Positions 10,838 through 22,266 of a stretch of DNA of 64,000 nt are shown here, in pieces. This DNA is from Ostreococcus lucimarinus. Taxonomy: Eukaryota. The position numbers were made by a program, and so were the translations under genes. Each line of letters opens with the position of its first letter. The first letter of the stretch is position 1. The notes under the pieces were generated by a model. The model saw only the letters and a list, made by a program, of their open reading frames with translations. It was not told the DNA's origin and ran no database searches. Location of the stretch: assembly GCA_000092065.1 (NCBI GenBank), contig CP000582.1; one strand, 5' to 3'.

Positions 10838-12980
10838 AAATGCGTGCGTGTGCGTACGCGCGGGGCTCGTTCGCGCGGAATAGGCGCGCGCGGTGACGAC
10901 GGAGCGTCGAGAACTGTGGAACGAGGCGCTACGGCGACGAGATAAAGCGCGAGCGGCGGCTGAGAAGCGAGGGATGACTTTCGCGCGTTGTGTGCGTTAC
11001 AACGAACGACGAGCGATGGTGGCCTAGGTGTGAGGAAAAAGTAACGTCGTGTGGTCAGCGTCTCGAATGCGAGCAAACGCGAGATTGGATTTAGTCCGTA
11101 ATTTAGTGACGTTCGCGCCGTAAGGATGCGCGCTCGTCGTGGAGTCATTGGACCACAAACCGGTTGTCTGGCCGGCGTCCCGCGAGCGGGACAAGATTGA
11201 TGTGCGCGACGGAAGTAAAAAGATCATCTCCACCGTTAAGTAAGGAGCGCCTTAGGCAAAGTCGCGGGAGGTTTTGTCGAAAAAGCGTCCTCGGTTGGAC
11301 TCGGACGTTTGGCCGTCGGAACGATTCGGCGGCGGCGGTGCGGTGTACAAAGCCTCGGGAAGTTTGAAGCAATGTAATTAGTGTTCATTCACGACGTCTT
11401 AAGAAACGAGTTGTTCGTCATCGACTTCGTACGCCACACCTCGCACACCCGGTATCGTTCGTTCAATCAAACATTCGTCCGCAGGAAGAAAATCTCGCGA
11501 CGAACCAAAGCTCATTACTTCTTAGAGGTTGATTAAGCCTCACGGTGAAATCAGCATCGGTTTTTGGAATCACGGCAAAGCGTTCATCGCGAGCGAGAAA
11601 ACGTAAGCAATCGTCGAGAGATGTCGCGCTGACGATTGAGCAGGCGACTGTGGATAGCAGCCACCTACTCACCCATGTCAACGCTGTCGGCTGTACCTTA
11701 GAACGACGGGAGAGCAGCACATGCGGCCGAAGCCTGATCAGCCCTCTGCTTTGTCAAGGAAACGAGGACGAGCAAACCGAATCGATAGAACGCGCCGTGA
11801 CACGTACCTGGCGTTCACGACCCTCAATGGTAGTTTTTGCCATGCCTGCGAATGAAAGAAAAGAGGCGTAAAGGTGAGTCTTGCGCGCGTCGTCGAACGA
11901 ATGTGGTGGAACTACGGAGGAATTTCGACGACTTGTAAACGCCAAAGCTCCACGGAGAGCCCATCCCCTTTTAATCTCGCCTTCGCTCAAAACTGACACG
12001 CGGAATTGAATCGCGGGGGTTCTAATTCCTCGATTCTCTGCGGGCAGCTCTGCAGCGAAGGCTTTCGCCGACGAAAAATACGTCGCGTCGTTCGTCGTCC
12101 CGTCCCCGAGCGAGCACCCGTTCACGACTCCCACGGCGCGATCGCCTCAGTCGAAAGATGGTGAATTATGTTTTGATTCTTCACGGTGTTCAGCCAGTAT
12201 GGACACGTTTACATCCCAGACGTCGGCCGCTTCGATCCCGGGCGTTGCTCTCGCGCGAAGGCCGCCGACGACGCCGACGACGACGCGCCGAATGTGAAAT
12301 CGAATAAGGGCGCGCGTCGAGTCGATTCCCCCGACGCGCGCGTGACAATGATCGACCTCTCTATTCACTCTCGGGCGCGTTAGGTTTCCCTTCGGACGCG
12401 CGGCATGGCGGTTATCAGCCGCCCCGCGACCCGTACACACAAACGCCCGCGCGCGCGAGAAAAACAACCGAAACAACCAACACCAACAATCCCTCTCCAC
12501 CGCGTCTCGGCCGATATGCTCAATTGACGTCACGACGACGCGCGCGGTTTTATTCCGGGTAACTAATCCGGCCGCGCGCGCGTCTCAGTAGCCAAGCGTA
12601 AAAGTTTTCGTCATCGACGTTCGGGCGATTGATGTTCGCGTGGCGTGATTCTTCGCGTCGAGGTCTCGCGCGTCGTCGTCGACGCGCGTCGCGTCGCCGT
12701 CGCGCGCGTCGCGTTCGCGCGCGTCGTCGCGCGCATCGCGTCGTCGTCGCGCGCACCTCGCGTCGCGTCTCGCGCGTCGTCGCGCGCGCGAAGTGCGGCG
12801 CGCGCGCGCGCCGGCGGCGGCCCAATAAACCACGCACAATACGACACCACGGGCGATTTTCGCTCGAAAATGCCGCGCGCGATAAATCGAGGGTTTTGCG
12901 CGAGGTGTCGCGCCCCGGCGAGGCGGCGATCGCGCGTCGTCGATCCGCCTTTTAGCGACGCGCGACCGTCCGTCGACACC

Positions 12981-13854
12981 ATGGGGGTGCGTCTCGCGAC
13001 GCTCGACGCTCGACGCGATGCGCTCGACGCGCGCTCGACGCGCGCCGCGGATCTCGCGTCGCGCGCGCGACGCGCGACGACGACGACGACGCGACGCGAA
13101 CGCGACGCTAGGGCTTTGAGCCCTCGCGCGCGCCGTCGCGGAAGACGACGATGCGCGAGCGCGCGTCGACGACCGCCGACGCGCGAGACGAGTGAAAACG
13201 TAGAAGAAATACTGACGAATCGCGCGCGAGTCGTTCGCTCGATAGGCTTACAAGTATGTGGAAGAACTTTGGAAGAAGAAGCAATCCGATGTGATGCGCT
13301 TCTTGCAGCGGATTCGCGTGTGGGAGTACCGGCAGTTGCCGTCCATCTGCCGCGTGACGCGACCGACGCGACCGGATAAGGCTCGACGACTTGGATACAA
13401 GGCCAAGCAAGGTTTCTGCATCTACCGCGCGCGCGTGCGCCGCGGTGGACGCAAACGACCGGTGGCGAAGGGTCAGGTGTACGGGAAGCCGGTGCACTGC
13501 GGTATCACGAAGTTGAAGTTTGCGCGCAACTTGCGATCGGTCGCGGAGGAACGCGCGGCGCGACGATGCGGCGCTTTGCGAGTGTTGAACTCGTACTGGT
13601 TGAACCAAGACTCGGTGTACAAGTACTATGAGGTGATCATGGTGGACCCGATGCACAAGTGCGTGCGCAACGACCCGCGCATCAACTGGATCTGCAACCC
13701 GACGCACAAGCACCGCGAAATGCGCGGTCTCACGTCCGCGGGGCGCAAGTACCGTGGCTTGCACGGCAAGGGTCACAACTTCACCAAGTCTCGTCCGTCC
13801 AAGCGGGCCACCTGGAGAAACAACAACCGCTTGTCCTACCGTCGCTACCGTTAG
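12981..13854 (+). CDS. RPL15: 60S ribosomal protein L15e. Exon 1 12981..12986 (ATGGGG), intron 12987..13245, exon 2 13246..13854.
   Basis: Exon 2 encodes [32 protein letters not shown]..., the canonical L15e sequence, but lacks the conserved MG start. ATGGGG|GTGCGT lies 265 bp upstream, and an acceptor tcgatag|GCT with ACTGAC 29 nt upstream gives MGAYKY. Confidence 0.85.
12987..13245 (+). other. Spliceosomal intron (259 nt) after the second codon of RPL15
   Basis: GTGCGT donor, ATACTGACGAATC branch, GATAG acceptor; the interior is rich in cgctcgacgcg repeats. Confidence 0.7.
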
Positions 13855-13918
13855 AACAGGGTTTCGAAGAAAAGTTAGTCGAGCACCACTTTTTAGCATA
13901 TTTGCTTGCTTGCGAATT

Positions 13919-13923
13919 TGTAA
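13919..13923 (+). promoter_or_regulatory. TGTAA poly(A) signal of RPL15
   Basis: aatttgTAAtta lies about 65 nt after the stop. Confidence 0.45.
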
Positions 13924-14036
13924 TTACATCTTGGCGAGTGAACTTCCTTTAAGTAGTCTTGAACTCTCGCGAATCGTACAGAGGGATTATAGTGGCGGCG
14001 ATAAAGCTCGCTCGCGACGGCGCGACGTCGGAGGGC

Positions 14037-16880
14037 TTACACTTTCTTGGCTCGAATCGCGGCTTGCGCCGCGGCGAGACGTGCGATGGGCACGCGGAAC
14101 GGCGAACACGAGACGTAGTCGAGACCGCTCTTCGCGAAGAACTCGACAGAGATCGGTTCGCCACCGTGCTCACCGCAAATCCCAACCTTCAAGTCGGGGC
14201 GCGTGGAGCGACCGCGCTCAACGGACATTTGGACGAGTTGCCCGACGCCGTCGACGTCGATGACTTGGAAAGGATCGTGCTTCAGCACACCTTTTTCGAG
14301 GTACGTGGGCAGGAACTTACCCACGTCATCGCGAGAGTAACCGAACGTCATTTGCGTCAAGTCATTCGTACCGAACGAGAAGAACTCGGCGTGTTTGGCG
14401 ATTTCATTCGACAACAGCGCCGCGCGAGGAATCTCGATCATGGTACCCACGCGGTATTCCACAGAGTCCCCACGCTCGCCGAAGACGACGTCCGCGGTTT
14501 GACGAATCAACGCCACTTGATCTTCGAGTTCGGCGACGGTGCCGACGAGCGGGACCATGATGTCGGGAATCGGCGACGCGCCCTCGGCTTTGGCTTCGCA
14601 CGCGGCTTCGAGAATGGCGCGAACTTGCATTCGCGCGATTTCTGGATACGTGATGGCCAATCGGCAGCCGCGGAAACCCAACATCGGGTTCACTTCGACG
14701 AGCTTTTCGATGCGCTCGACGATGTCTTCTTCAGTCTCGCCAGTGTCCTCGCTGAGAAGTTGAACGACGTCGTCCAACTCGCCGTCGGGCAAGAACTCGT
14801 GAAGCGGAGGATCGAGAAGGCGAATGGTCACCGGCAAACCGCTCATGGCGTGGAAGATGCCCTTGAAATCATCTCGCTGGAACGGCAACAGCGCATCGAG
14901 CGCGGCTTCGCGGGAGGGCGTGTCCTTGGCCATGATCATCCGACGCACGGTTCGAATGCGCTCGCCGCTGCCAAAGAACATGTGCTCCGTGCGCACGAGA
15001 CCGATGCCTTCGGCACCGTTGGCGCGCGCCGCGGCGGCATCTTCGGGCGTATCGGCGTTTGTCAGCACCTTCATGTCACGGAATTCGTCGACCCAAGACA
15101 TGAACGTGCCCAAATCTTCGCTCACAGTCGGTGGCATGAGATCGGCGCGACCGCGAATGATTTCGCCCGTGGTACCGTTCAAGCTCAACCAGTCGTTTTC
15201 ATGAAGCGTGACGCCACCCAAAGTGAACGTGCGCGCGTGCTCGTCGATGGACAACTCGCCGCAGCCAGAGACGCACGTCTTACCCCAGCCGCGAGCGACG
15301 ACGGCGGCGTGCGACGTCATGCCGCCGCGCGCGGTCAAGATGCCCTCGGCGGCGTCCATGCCGCCGACGTCCTCGGGCGAGGTTTCGACGCGAACCAAGA
15401 TGACCTTGCGACCTTCGGCTTTCGCGGCTTCGGCGTCTTCGGTGCTGAAGACGATTTGTCCGACGGCGGCGCCCGGTGACGCGGGCAAGCCGGCGCCGAT
15501 GACGTCGGCCTTGTACGCGCCCTCGTCTTTAAACTGCGGATGAAGCAGTTGATCGACGTGCGTGGGTTCGACCATTTGCACGGCTTCTTCCTTGGTCACC
15601 AAGCCTTCCTTCACGAAGTCGACCGCCATTTTCACCGCGCCCGCGCCCGTGCGCTTGCCCGAGCGACATTGAAGCATGAAGAGTTGGCCGTCCTCGACGG
15701 TGAATTCGATGTCTTGCATGTCTTTGAAGTGCAATTCCAAGAGTTCCGTGTTCTTCACCAACTGCTCGTACGCCGCGGGCAACGCGTCCTTCATGGTTGA
15801 GATATCGCTCGGCGTGCGAATGCCCGCGACGACGTCCTCGCCTTGAGCGTTGACCAAGTACTCGCCGTAGAGCTTATTCTCGCCCGTGCTCGGATTTCTC
15901 GTGAACAACACCCCCGTTCCGGAAGTCTCGCCCATGTTCCCGAACACCATGGCTTGAATGTTCACAGCCGTGCCTCGCAAACCGGTGATCTTGTTGATGG
16001 CCATGTACTTCTTCGCCCGGTCGCTGTTCCACGAGTCGAAGACGGCGTACGTGGCGAGACGCAACTGCTCGAGCGGATCTTGCGGAAACGACACGTTTTC
16101 CGAGGCGTACACCCCCTTGTAGATCTCAACCAAGTCGCGCAAGTTTTGCTCGCTCAGTCCTTCGTCCGAATCCACCCCGACGTCGCGCTTCAGCGTCTCC
16201 AGCGCGTGTTCAAACTTGCCGTGATCGATCCCCATGACGACGTTGCCGTACATGTCGAGAAATCGGCGATACGAGTCAAACGCGAAGCGTCCACCGGCGC
16301 GTCGAGCCAACCCCTCGACCACGGAATCGTTCAACCCAAGATTCAGCACCGTGTCCATCATCCCCGGCATCGACACCGCCGCGCCGCTCCTCACGGACAC
16401 CAACAGCGGATTTTCCGCGTCCCCCAGCGTCTTCCCCAGCGCCGCCTCCACGTGCGCCAGCCCCGCGACCATCTCCTCCCACGCCCCCTCCGGCAGCGCC
16501 CCACCGTTCGCGTGAAAGTCCGCGCACGTCTCCGTGTCCACGGTGAATCCCGGCGGCACGCTCAGCCCGACGCGCGACATCTCCGCCAGATTCGCCCCCT
16601 TCCCTCCCAGGCGCGCCTTCGCGTCGCGCGCGCCCTCCGCCCGTCCCCCTCCGAATCGAAACACCCGTCCGAGCCCCCCCGAGGCCGCGTTCGCGATCGC
16701 GCGTTCGCTCGCGTCCGTCGCCTCGTTCCCGTTCGCGTCCGTCACCGACGCGCGCGCGCCGCGTCGCGCGCGCGCCCCGTTCGCGCGCTTCCGCGTCGTC
16801 GACGTCGGCGCCATCGTTTTCGCGCCGGTTGGCCTTCTCGCCGTCGGCTGCGTCATCGTTCGCGTCATCGATCGCGCCAT
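14037..16880 (-). CDS. PPDK: Pyruvate, phosphate dikinase
   Basis: Full-length PPDK: [13 protein letters not shown]-grasp region; [25 protein letters not shown]-utilising phospho-His site; C-terminal PEP/pyruvate TIM-barrel [12 protein letters not shown] (MARSMTRTM) at 16880; the longer upstream ORF part is judged spurious. Confidence 0.9.
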   Translation of the reverse strand: MARSMTRTMTQPTARRPTGAKTMAPTSTTRKRANGARARRGARASVTDANGNEATDASERAIANAASGGLGRVFRFGGGRAEGARDAKARLGGKGANLAEMSRVGLSVPPGFTVDTETCADFHANGGALPEGAWEEMVAGLAHVEAALGKTLGDAENPLLVSVRSGAAVSMPGMMDTVLNLGLNDSVVEGLARRAGGRFAFDSYRRFLDMYGNVVMGIDHGKFEHALETLKRDVGVDSDEGLSEQNLRDLVEIYKGVYASENVSFPQDPLEQLRLATYAVFDSWNSDRAKKYMAINKITGLRGTAVNIQAMVFGNMGETSGTGVLFTRNPSTGENKLYGEYLVNAQGEDVVAGIRTPSDISTMKDALPAAYEQLVKNTELLELHFKDMQDIEFTVEDGQLFMLQCRSGKRTGAGAVKMAVDFVKEGLVTKEEAVQMVEPTHVDQLLHPQFKDEGAYKADVIGAGLPASPGAAVGQIVFSTEDAEAAKAEGRKVILVRVETSPEDVGGMDAAEGILTARGGMTSHAAVVARGWGKTCVSGCGELSIDEHARTFTLGGVTLHENDWLSLNGTTGEIIRGRADLMPPTVSEDLGTFMSWVDEFRDMKVLTNADTPEDAAAARANGAEGIGLVRTEHMFFGSGERIRTVRRMIMAKDTPSREAALDALLPFQRDDFKGIFHAMSGLPVTIRLLDPPLHEFLPDGELDDVVQLLSEDTGETEEDIVERIEKLVEVNPMLGFRGCRLAITYPEIARMQVRAILEAACEAKAEGASPIPDIMVPLVGTVAELEDQVALIRQTADVVFGERGDSVEYRVGTMIEIPRAALLSNEIAKHAEFFSFGTNDLTQMTFGYSRDDVGKFLPTYLEKGVLKHDPFQVIDVDGVGQLVQMSVERGRSTRPDLKVGICGEHGGEPISVEFFAKSGLDYVSCSPFRVPIARLAAAQAAIRAKKV

Positions 16881-17288
16881 CGTCGGTTGTCGCGACGGTC
16901 GGCGCGCGCGTGAACGTCGTTCGGACGTACCCCGAACGATCGGTCGCGCGCGCGGCGCGTGCGCGTGTCGCGGCGTCGCGCTTTGACGCGCGCGCGACGA
17001 CGATGCGTCGATCGAGCGGCACCCTCCCTCGCGAGGGGCCTCGGGGCCTCGATCGATCGCGCGGCGCGCGAAAATAGCGCTCGAGGCCCCCTGAGTACGG
17101 GTTTTCGGCGTTTTCCGGGTGTCGGGGCGTGCGTGGCCCGGGGGTCGGACACACGGGTGTGTGTAAACAGTCATTACGTGTATTTATTTATTTATGCATG
17201 TACGCATCGCGACGCGCGCGATCGCTCGCCCATGCCGCCGTCGACGATTCGCGCGCGCCGCATTGATTCGAACGCGTCGTCGCAAAAC

Positions 17289-18272
17289 ATGGGCGTGCTG
17301 TGGGCGCTTCCGGTGCCGTACGCCCGCGCGATGCTGCGCGACACCTTCGTCGACGCGATCGCGACGCGCGTCTTGGCGCTGTACGGCCTCGTCGCGCTCG
17401 GGACGTACGCGATGCCGAAACTGTGGGTGCAGATGATGCCGGCGCAAAATTTAAGGAAAAAGTACGGCGCGACGTGGGCGCTCGTCACGGGCGGGTCGAC
17501 GGGGATCGGACGATCGCTCGCGGAGGCGCTGTTGGATCAAGGGCTGAACGTCGCGATCGCGGCGCTGGACGACGAGGCGCTGGTGGAGACGACGAAGGCG
17601 CTGCGGGAGCGACACGGGGCGAAGCGCGAGGTGCGGGCGATCGCGGTGAACCTCGGGGATCGCTCGGGAGGGTACGTGGACGTCATCGCGCGCGCGATGG
17701 AGGACGTGGACGTGCAGTGCGTGTTCAACAACGCGGGGTTCATGCTGACGGGGTTTTTCGATAAGCAACCGTTGGAAAAGTTGAACGCGAATCACGAGTG
17801 CAACGCGACGAGCGCGATGCGAATCACGCACGTCTTCGTGACGAGAATGCTGGAGAAGAAACTGCGAGGGTGCGTGGTGTTCACGTCGAGCGCGGCGGCG
17901 TGTCAACCGACGCCGTTTTCGGCGCTCTACGGCGCGACGAAGGCGTACGTATCCTCCTTCGCGGCGAACATCGGCGTCGAGTTGAAATCTCGCGGCGTCG
18001 ACGTCTGCGCGGTGCATCCGTCGCCGGTGGCGTCCCGTTTCTACGACAACGCCCACAAGTTGGATTCGTTGAACTTTTTCATGAAGTTCGCGGTGAAGCC
18101 CGAAGAGCTGCCGACGGAGATGTTCCGCCCGATCGGTCGCGTGTTGTGGCACGACGTCGGCGCCGTCGCCGTCGGCTTTCGCATGCTCCTCAAGCTCCTC
18201 GACTACGGTTTCTTCGCCACCCTCATCTCTCGCTTCGCCCACTTCATGGGCGATTACAAAAAGAACGTGTAG
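17289..18272 (+). CDS. Membrane-anchored SDR, 3-ketoacyl-CoA reductase / 17beta-HSD12-like
   Basis: N-terminal hydrophobic anchor; TGGSTGIGRSLAEAL cofactor motif; YGATKAYVSSF catalytic YxxxK. The ATG at 17289 is about 410 bp from the divergent PPDK start, with an AT-rich core (tatttatttatttatg) between them. Confidence 0.7.
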   Translation: MGVLWALPVPYARAMLRDTFVDAIATRVLALYGLVALGTYAMPKLWVQMMPAQNLRKKYGATWALVTGGSTGIGRSLAEALLDQGLNVAIAALDDEALVETTKALRERHGAKREVRAIAVNLGDRSGGYVDVIARAMEDVDVQCVFNNAGFMLTGFFDKQPLEKLNANHECNATSAMRITHVFVTRMLEKKLRGCVVFTSSAAACQPTPFSALYGATKAYVSSFAANIGVELKSRGVDVCAVHPSPVASRFYDNAHKLDSLNFFMKFAVKPEELPTEMFRPIGRVLWHDVGAVAVGFRMLLKLLDYGFFATLISRFAHFMGDYKKNV

Positions 18273-18406
18273 ATTGTCATCGCATCGTCGTTTCACCGCG
18301 AATCGCGCGCCGCGCGACGAACGAGCAACACCGAACCGCCGCGCGCCGACGAGCAACACCAAACCGTCGCGCGACGATCCAGCCCCACAACCCGTCGCCG
18401 CGCGCG

Positions 18407-19732
18407 ATGCCGCGCGAACGGCGCGCGACGCGCGCGCGCGCGTCGATCGCGACCGCACCGCGCGCGCTGTGCGCGCTGTGCGCGCTCACCGCGTGCGCGT
18501 TCGGACGCGTCGGCGTCGCGCGCGCGTCGCCAATCGTCGACACGAACGCGACGAACGCGACGACGACGCGCGACGCGACGACGGAGATGACGATCGAGCG
18601 CGCGCAAGAGTTGATGCGATCGGTGCGCGCGCTGGTGAACGCCACGGTGGGGGGAATCGCGAGCGCGCGGGCGGAGGAGGGGTTCGCGGCGGCGCTCGCG
18701 GCGTTGGAAACCGAGGCGGCGAACGCGAACGCGACGGCGGCGGAGGCGGCGATGCGGGCGAGCGCGAGAGGGGAGTACGGACAGGCGCTGGACATACTGG
18801 ATGATATCCTCGAGGATTTCGTGAACGCGACGGCGTCGGCGAGGGGCGTGGGGGAGTTGGGGGAGGCGTTGCGGGCGCTCGGCGAAGCCGCGGAGGCGGC
18901 GAGCGAGGCGAAGGACGACGAGAGCGAAGGCGCGTCGGTGGGAGACGGTGAGGACGCGTCGGAATCCGATGGGAGGGAAAGTTCGAGTTCGAACGATGCG
19001 TCGACGCCGAAGGCGAAGTCTGAGACGAAGGAGGAGGACGACGCGGCGAAGCAGGCGGCGCTGATTAAAAAATTAGAGGAGGAAAACGCGGCGCTTCGCG
19101 CGGAACAGTTGAAGGCGGAGAACGCGGCGTTGCGGAAGAAAAACGCAGAACTAGCGGCGGCGGAGGAAAACGAGACGGCGAAGACGCGCGTCGACGCCGA
19201 TGACGATGAAAATCAGGCGAAGGAGGACGGCGACGACGACGACCACGGAGACAAAGAGGACGAGGCCCCGGAGGCGGCGCCGTTTCAAGGCTTGAGCGAA
19301 GACGCAAACGACGAATCAGCTCCCGCGCCGAAAAAGTCTGTCGCGGGCGCTACGTTTAACGCCGCCGTGAGCGTTCACAGCCAATCGCCCTGGCTGTGGT
19401 ACTCGATCTCGTTCATCCTTCTCGCCGTCGTGGTGACGTCGTACGCGCACTCCCACCTCGAAGCCGCGGCGAACGAGCGACCGGCGTCCTCGCTCGAACT
19501 CGGCGCCTCGATCGTCCGCGCCGAAAAAAACGTCAGCGCGAAAGAAATCGGCCGCGAGATGAGCGTGAACGATGAGTTTTGGAAGAGCTCGCGCCCGTCG
19601 TCGCCCACTCGCGACGTCGGTCGCGGCACCGGTCGCGACTCCGGCTCCGCCGGTCGCCGCGTCGGTCGTCGCGTCGTCCAGCAGCGCGGTCCGATGACAG
19701 CCGAAGAGCGCGCCTTTTACGACGAACTTTGA
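18407..19732 (+). CDS. Hypothetical type I membrane glycoprotein with coiled coil
   Basis: Signal-peptide-like ALCALCALTACAFG; NAT sequons; heptad region KKLEEENAALRAEQLKAENAALRKKNAEL; acidic stretch; TM WLWYSISFILLAVVVTSYA; basic tail. No family recognised. Confidence 0.4.
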   Translation: MPRERRATRARASIATAPRALCALCALTACAFGRVGVARASPIVDTNATNATTTRDATTEMTIERAQELMRSVRALVNATVGGIASARAEEGFAAALAALETEAANANATAAEAAMRASARGEYGQALDILDDILEDFVNATASARGVGELGEALRALGEAAEAASEAKDDESEGASVGDGEDASESDGRESSSSNDASTPKAKSETKEEDDAAKQAALIKKLEEENAALRAEQLKAENAALRKKNAELAAAEENETAKTRVDADDDENQAKEDGDDDDHGDKEDEAPEAAPFQGLSEDANDESAPAPKKSVAGATFNAAVSVHSQSPWLWYSISFILLAVVVTSYAHSHLEAAANERPASSLELGASIVRAEKNVSAKEIGREMSVNDEFWKSSRPSSPTRDVGRGTGRDSGSAGRRVGRRVVQQRGPMTAEERAFYDEL

Positions 19733-19812
19733 CGGCCCTGTACCAGTATTTAAGTGTAAATGATTCGCGCCGCGAGAGCAACCGTCCCCAGAGCGCGCCG
19801 CGGCGCGCCGCG

Positions 19813-20559
19813 ATGTCCCGCGCGACGCCGCGGATCCGCGCCGTCGTCCTCGCCCCGACCCGCGTTCGTTCGCGCGCGCGAGCGATGCCCACCGCCGTCG
19901 CCCCGCGCGCGTCGCCGCATCCCGAGCTCACCGTCTTCGACTTGGACGCCTGCACGTGGGACAAAGAGATGTTCGAGCTGCGAGAAATCGTCGACCCGAC
20001 GCGCTCGCGCCGCGGCTCGCTCGGTCCCGACTGCGGCGAAGGCGTCGTGGCCGCGATGAGCGGAAACACGCCGATCGCGCTGCATCCCGGCGCGCTGCGG
20101 GCGTTTCAACAGATTTGGCTCGGGACGCTCGAGACGCGCGCGGCGGCGGCGTCGAGCGCGGACACGCCGCTCGCCGTGCGAATCGGACGCAGCGCGTTGG
20201 ACGTCTTGGAGGTGTTTCCAGGCGTGACCGTCCGGCAGGTCTTCGCCAAAGGTTGGCCCGAGGGATTCGAGGGAAATTTGCAAATCGGTCGAACGCCGCC
20301 GCTGTCGCCGGACAAGGCGCGGACGCACTTTCCGATTTTACGACGCGAGACGGGCGTCGCGTACTCGCGCATGCTGTTCTTCGACGACTGTAACTGGGGC
20401 GACCACTGCGCCGCCGTCGAGCGCGGGTGCGTGTGCGAGGACACCGGTCTCGGTCCGGTGGTCGTGCGAACGCCCAGAGGTTTGCGCGTCGACGACTGGG
20501 AGCGCGGCTTGAGCCTCTACGCCGCCCGCGTCGCTTCCTGGAACGACGCCGCGTCCTGA
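19813..20559 (+). CDS. HAD-superfamily phosphatase, magnesium-dependent phosphatase-1 (MDP-1)-like
   Basis: HAD motif I in LTVFDLDACTWDKEMF and motif IV region MLFFDDCNWGDH, colinear with MDP-1. Confidence 0.55.
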   Translation: MSRATPRIRAVVLAPTRVRSRARAMPTAVAPRASPHPELTVFDLDACTWDKEMFELREIVDPTRSRRGSLGPDCGEGVVAAMSGNTPIALHPGALRAFQQIWLGTLETRAAAASSADTPLAVRIGRSALDVLEVFPGVTVRQVFAKGWPEGFEGNLQIGRTPPLSPDKARTHFPILRRETGVAYSRMLFFDDCNWGDHCAAVERGCVCEDTGLGPVVVRTPRGLRVDDWERGLSLYAARVASWNDAAS

Positions 20560-20776
20560 CCGCGCGACGCCGCGTCTCCCTCGCGAGCCGCGATTTCGTG
20601 ATTATTCGTTCGTATTGTTTGTCGTGAGACTTAGCCGAATCCGTAGCCACGCCGTTCGCTCGCTCGCTCGTTTCGCGCCGTCGCCGTCGCCTCGAGCCGA
20701 GAAGATCTCGCCTCGTCCGTCCCTCATCTTCCTCACGTCGCGCCTCGCGTCGCGCCTCGCGTCGCGTCATCGCGAC

Positions 20777-21397
20777 ATGAAAGTCACCGCGTTAACGCTA
20801 TGGAAATCTAACGGCGCCGACGACGATCCTAGCTTCCTCGGCGGCGCCACGGACGTCGCTGAATTTGGATTCTTCCAGCGCGCCTCGGTGCGCGAAATGT
20901 TGATCTTTATCTCTCGAACCGTCGCGAAACGCACGCCTCTGGGCGCGCGACAGAGCGTGCAGCAGGACGCGTACATGGTGCACGTGTCGAATAAGTCGGG
21001 CCTGGTCGCCGTGGCGGTGATGGATGAGGAATATCCGAGCAGAAGCGCGTTTTGCGTGCTGGGCAAGATGATGGACGAGTACGAGAGCGCGAACGGCGAA
21101 GGCGCGAACGAGGCGTGGCGCGCGGTGCGCGAGGATAAACCCGAGGGAGGACGCGCGAGTGAGATGCTGGAGGAAATGCTGGTGAAGTATCAAGACCCGA
21201 GCGCGGCGGATAAGATTTTGAAGATTCAGAGAGAGTTGGACGACACCAAGGTGGTGTTGCACAAAACCATCGATAGCGTGTTGGCGAGAGGGGAAAAGTT
21301 GGATAATTTGGTGGATAAGAGCACTGATCTATCGCTGGCGAGTCAGATGTTTTACAAACAGGCGAAGAAGCAGAATCAGTGCTGCACGATGATGTGA
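20777..21397 (+). CDS. YKT6: R-SNARE YKT6 (longin domain plus SNARE motif plus C-terminal CCxxM lipidation box)
   Basis: MKVTALTLWK longin start; SNARE motif LKIQRELDDTKVVLHKTIDSVLARGEKLDNLVDKS; ends CCTMM. Confidence 0.8.
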   Translation: MKVTALTLWKSNGADDDPSFLGGATDVAEFGFFQRASVREMLIFISRTVAKRTPLGARQSVQQDAYMVHVSNKSGLVAVAVMDEEYPSRSAFCVLGKMMDEYESANGEGANEAWRAVREDKPEGGRASEMLEEMLVKYQDPSAADKILKIQRELDDTKVVLHKTIDSVLARGEKLDNLVDKSTDLSLASQMFYKQAKKQNQCCTMM

Positions 21398-21471
21398 TTT
21401 TTCGTCGGTTGTCATGAAAGACGCGAGCGTTTCTAGAAGGCTACGTTTCCTACTGCGCTAATAATTCTCTT

Positions 21472-22266
21472 CTACTCCGACGATCGCGCGCCCGCGCGCT
21501 CGGCTAAATACTCGTACGCATCGTACACGCGCTTAAACCTCGCTTCCGCGATCGGTTTCTTTTCGTCGTCGTGTCTATCCGGATGCCATTTCAAAGCCTG
21601 CTCGCGAAGCGCCGTCTTCAACGCCTCGGGCGTGACGAACTCGCTCGACTTCAACCCGAGCGCCTCGCAGTGCTCGCACCCGGCGCGCGCGTAGAACCCA
21701 TTCGCATCCACCCGCGCGCGGTCTCCACCACCCTCCCGCGAGCCGAAATACGCGCGAAAGAACGCCTCGTCGCCGTCGTCGCGAAGCCTCGAGTCCGCGA
21801 AACCGCCGCCGCCGCCTCGCTCTCGCGCGAACCTTCGAAACAACCGCGCCCCTTCCCGCGCCGTCTCCCGTCGCGCGTCGCGTCCATCATCAAACGCGCT
21901 CTCCTTCTTCCGTCCACGAATCTCGAACCCATCGAAATACCCCCCCACGTGCGTCCGCGCGTTTCCGTTTCGCCTCGCGCGCGCGCCCTCGCTCGCCTCC
22001 GCCTCGGCGAATCTGTACGTCCGCAGCCGCCGCTTCGCCTCGCTCCGCCTCGACCGCGCGCGCGCGCGTTCCTCGAACGTCGTCGTCGCGTTCGTCGTCG
22101 TCGCGCTCGCCGTCGCGTCCTCCCTCGTCGTCGTCGTCGTCGTCGTCGTCGTCCTCGTCGTCGTCCCGCGCGCGCCGCCGCCTCGCGCGCCGCGCGCGCC
22201 GTCGTCCGCGACCGCGCGCGCGAGTCCGCGCGCGAACCCCTCCGCGCGCGTCGCGCACCGCCGCAT
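21472..22266 (-). CDS. J-domain (DnaJ) protein with C-terminal J domain; low-complexity N-region
   Basis: C-terminal ...LKWHPDRHDDEKKPIAEARFKRVYDAYEYL contains the HPD motif. The start is uncertain (ATG at 22266 chosen). Upstream are poly-Thr tracts and Arg-rich low-complexity sequence, and the much longer ORF (to 23958) is probably spurious. Confidence 0.45.
   Translation of the reverse strand: MRRCATRAEGFARGLARAVADDGARGARGGGARGTTTRTTTTTTTTTREDATASATTTNATTTFEERARARSRRSEAKRRLRTYRFAEAEASEGARARRNGNARTHVGGYFDGFEIRGRKKESAFDDGRDARRETAREGARLFRRFARERGGGGGFADSRLRDDGDEAFFRAYFGSREGGGDRARVDANGFYARAGCEHCEALGLKSSEFVTPEALKTALREQALKWHPDRHDDEKKPIAEARFKRVYDAYEYLAERAGARSSE

Noticed and set aside
12005-12035. 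GGGGGTTCTAATTCC resembling a tRNA T-arm
   Set aside because: No complementary T-stem, acceptor stem or anticodon arm could be built around it.
12987-13245. Introner-element or transposon origin of the 259-nt RPL15 intron and other introns
   Set aside because: I found no terminal inverted repeats, target-site duplications or shared long sequence between the introns. Only the short splice-signal motifs recur.
13959-16913. 506-aa and 356-aa plus-strand ORFs
   Set aside because: They are antisense to PPDK; their His/Arg-rich low-complexity translations are typical of the reverse frame of a GC-rich gene.
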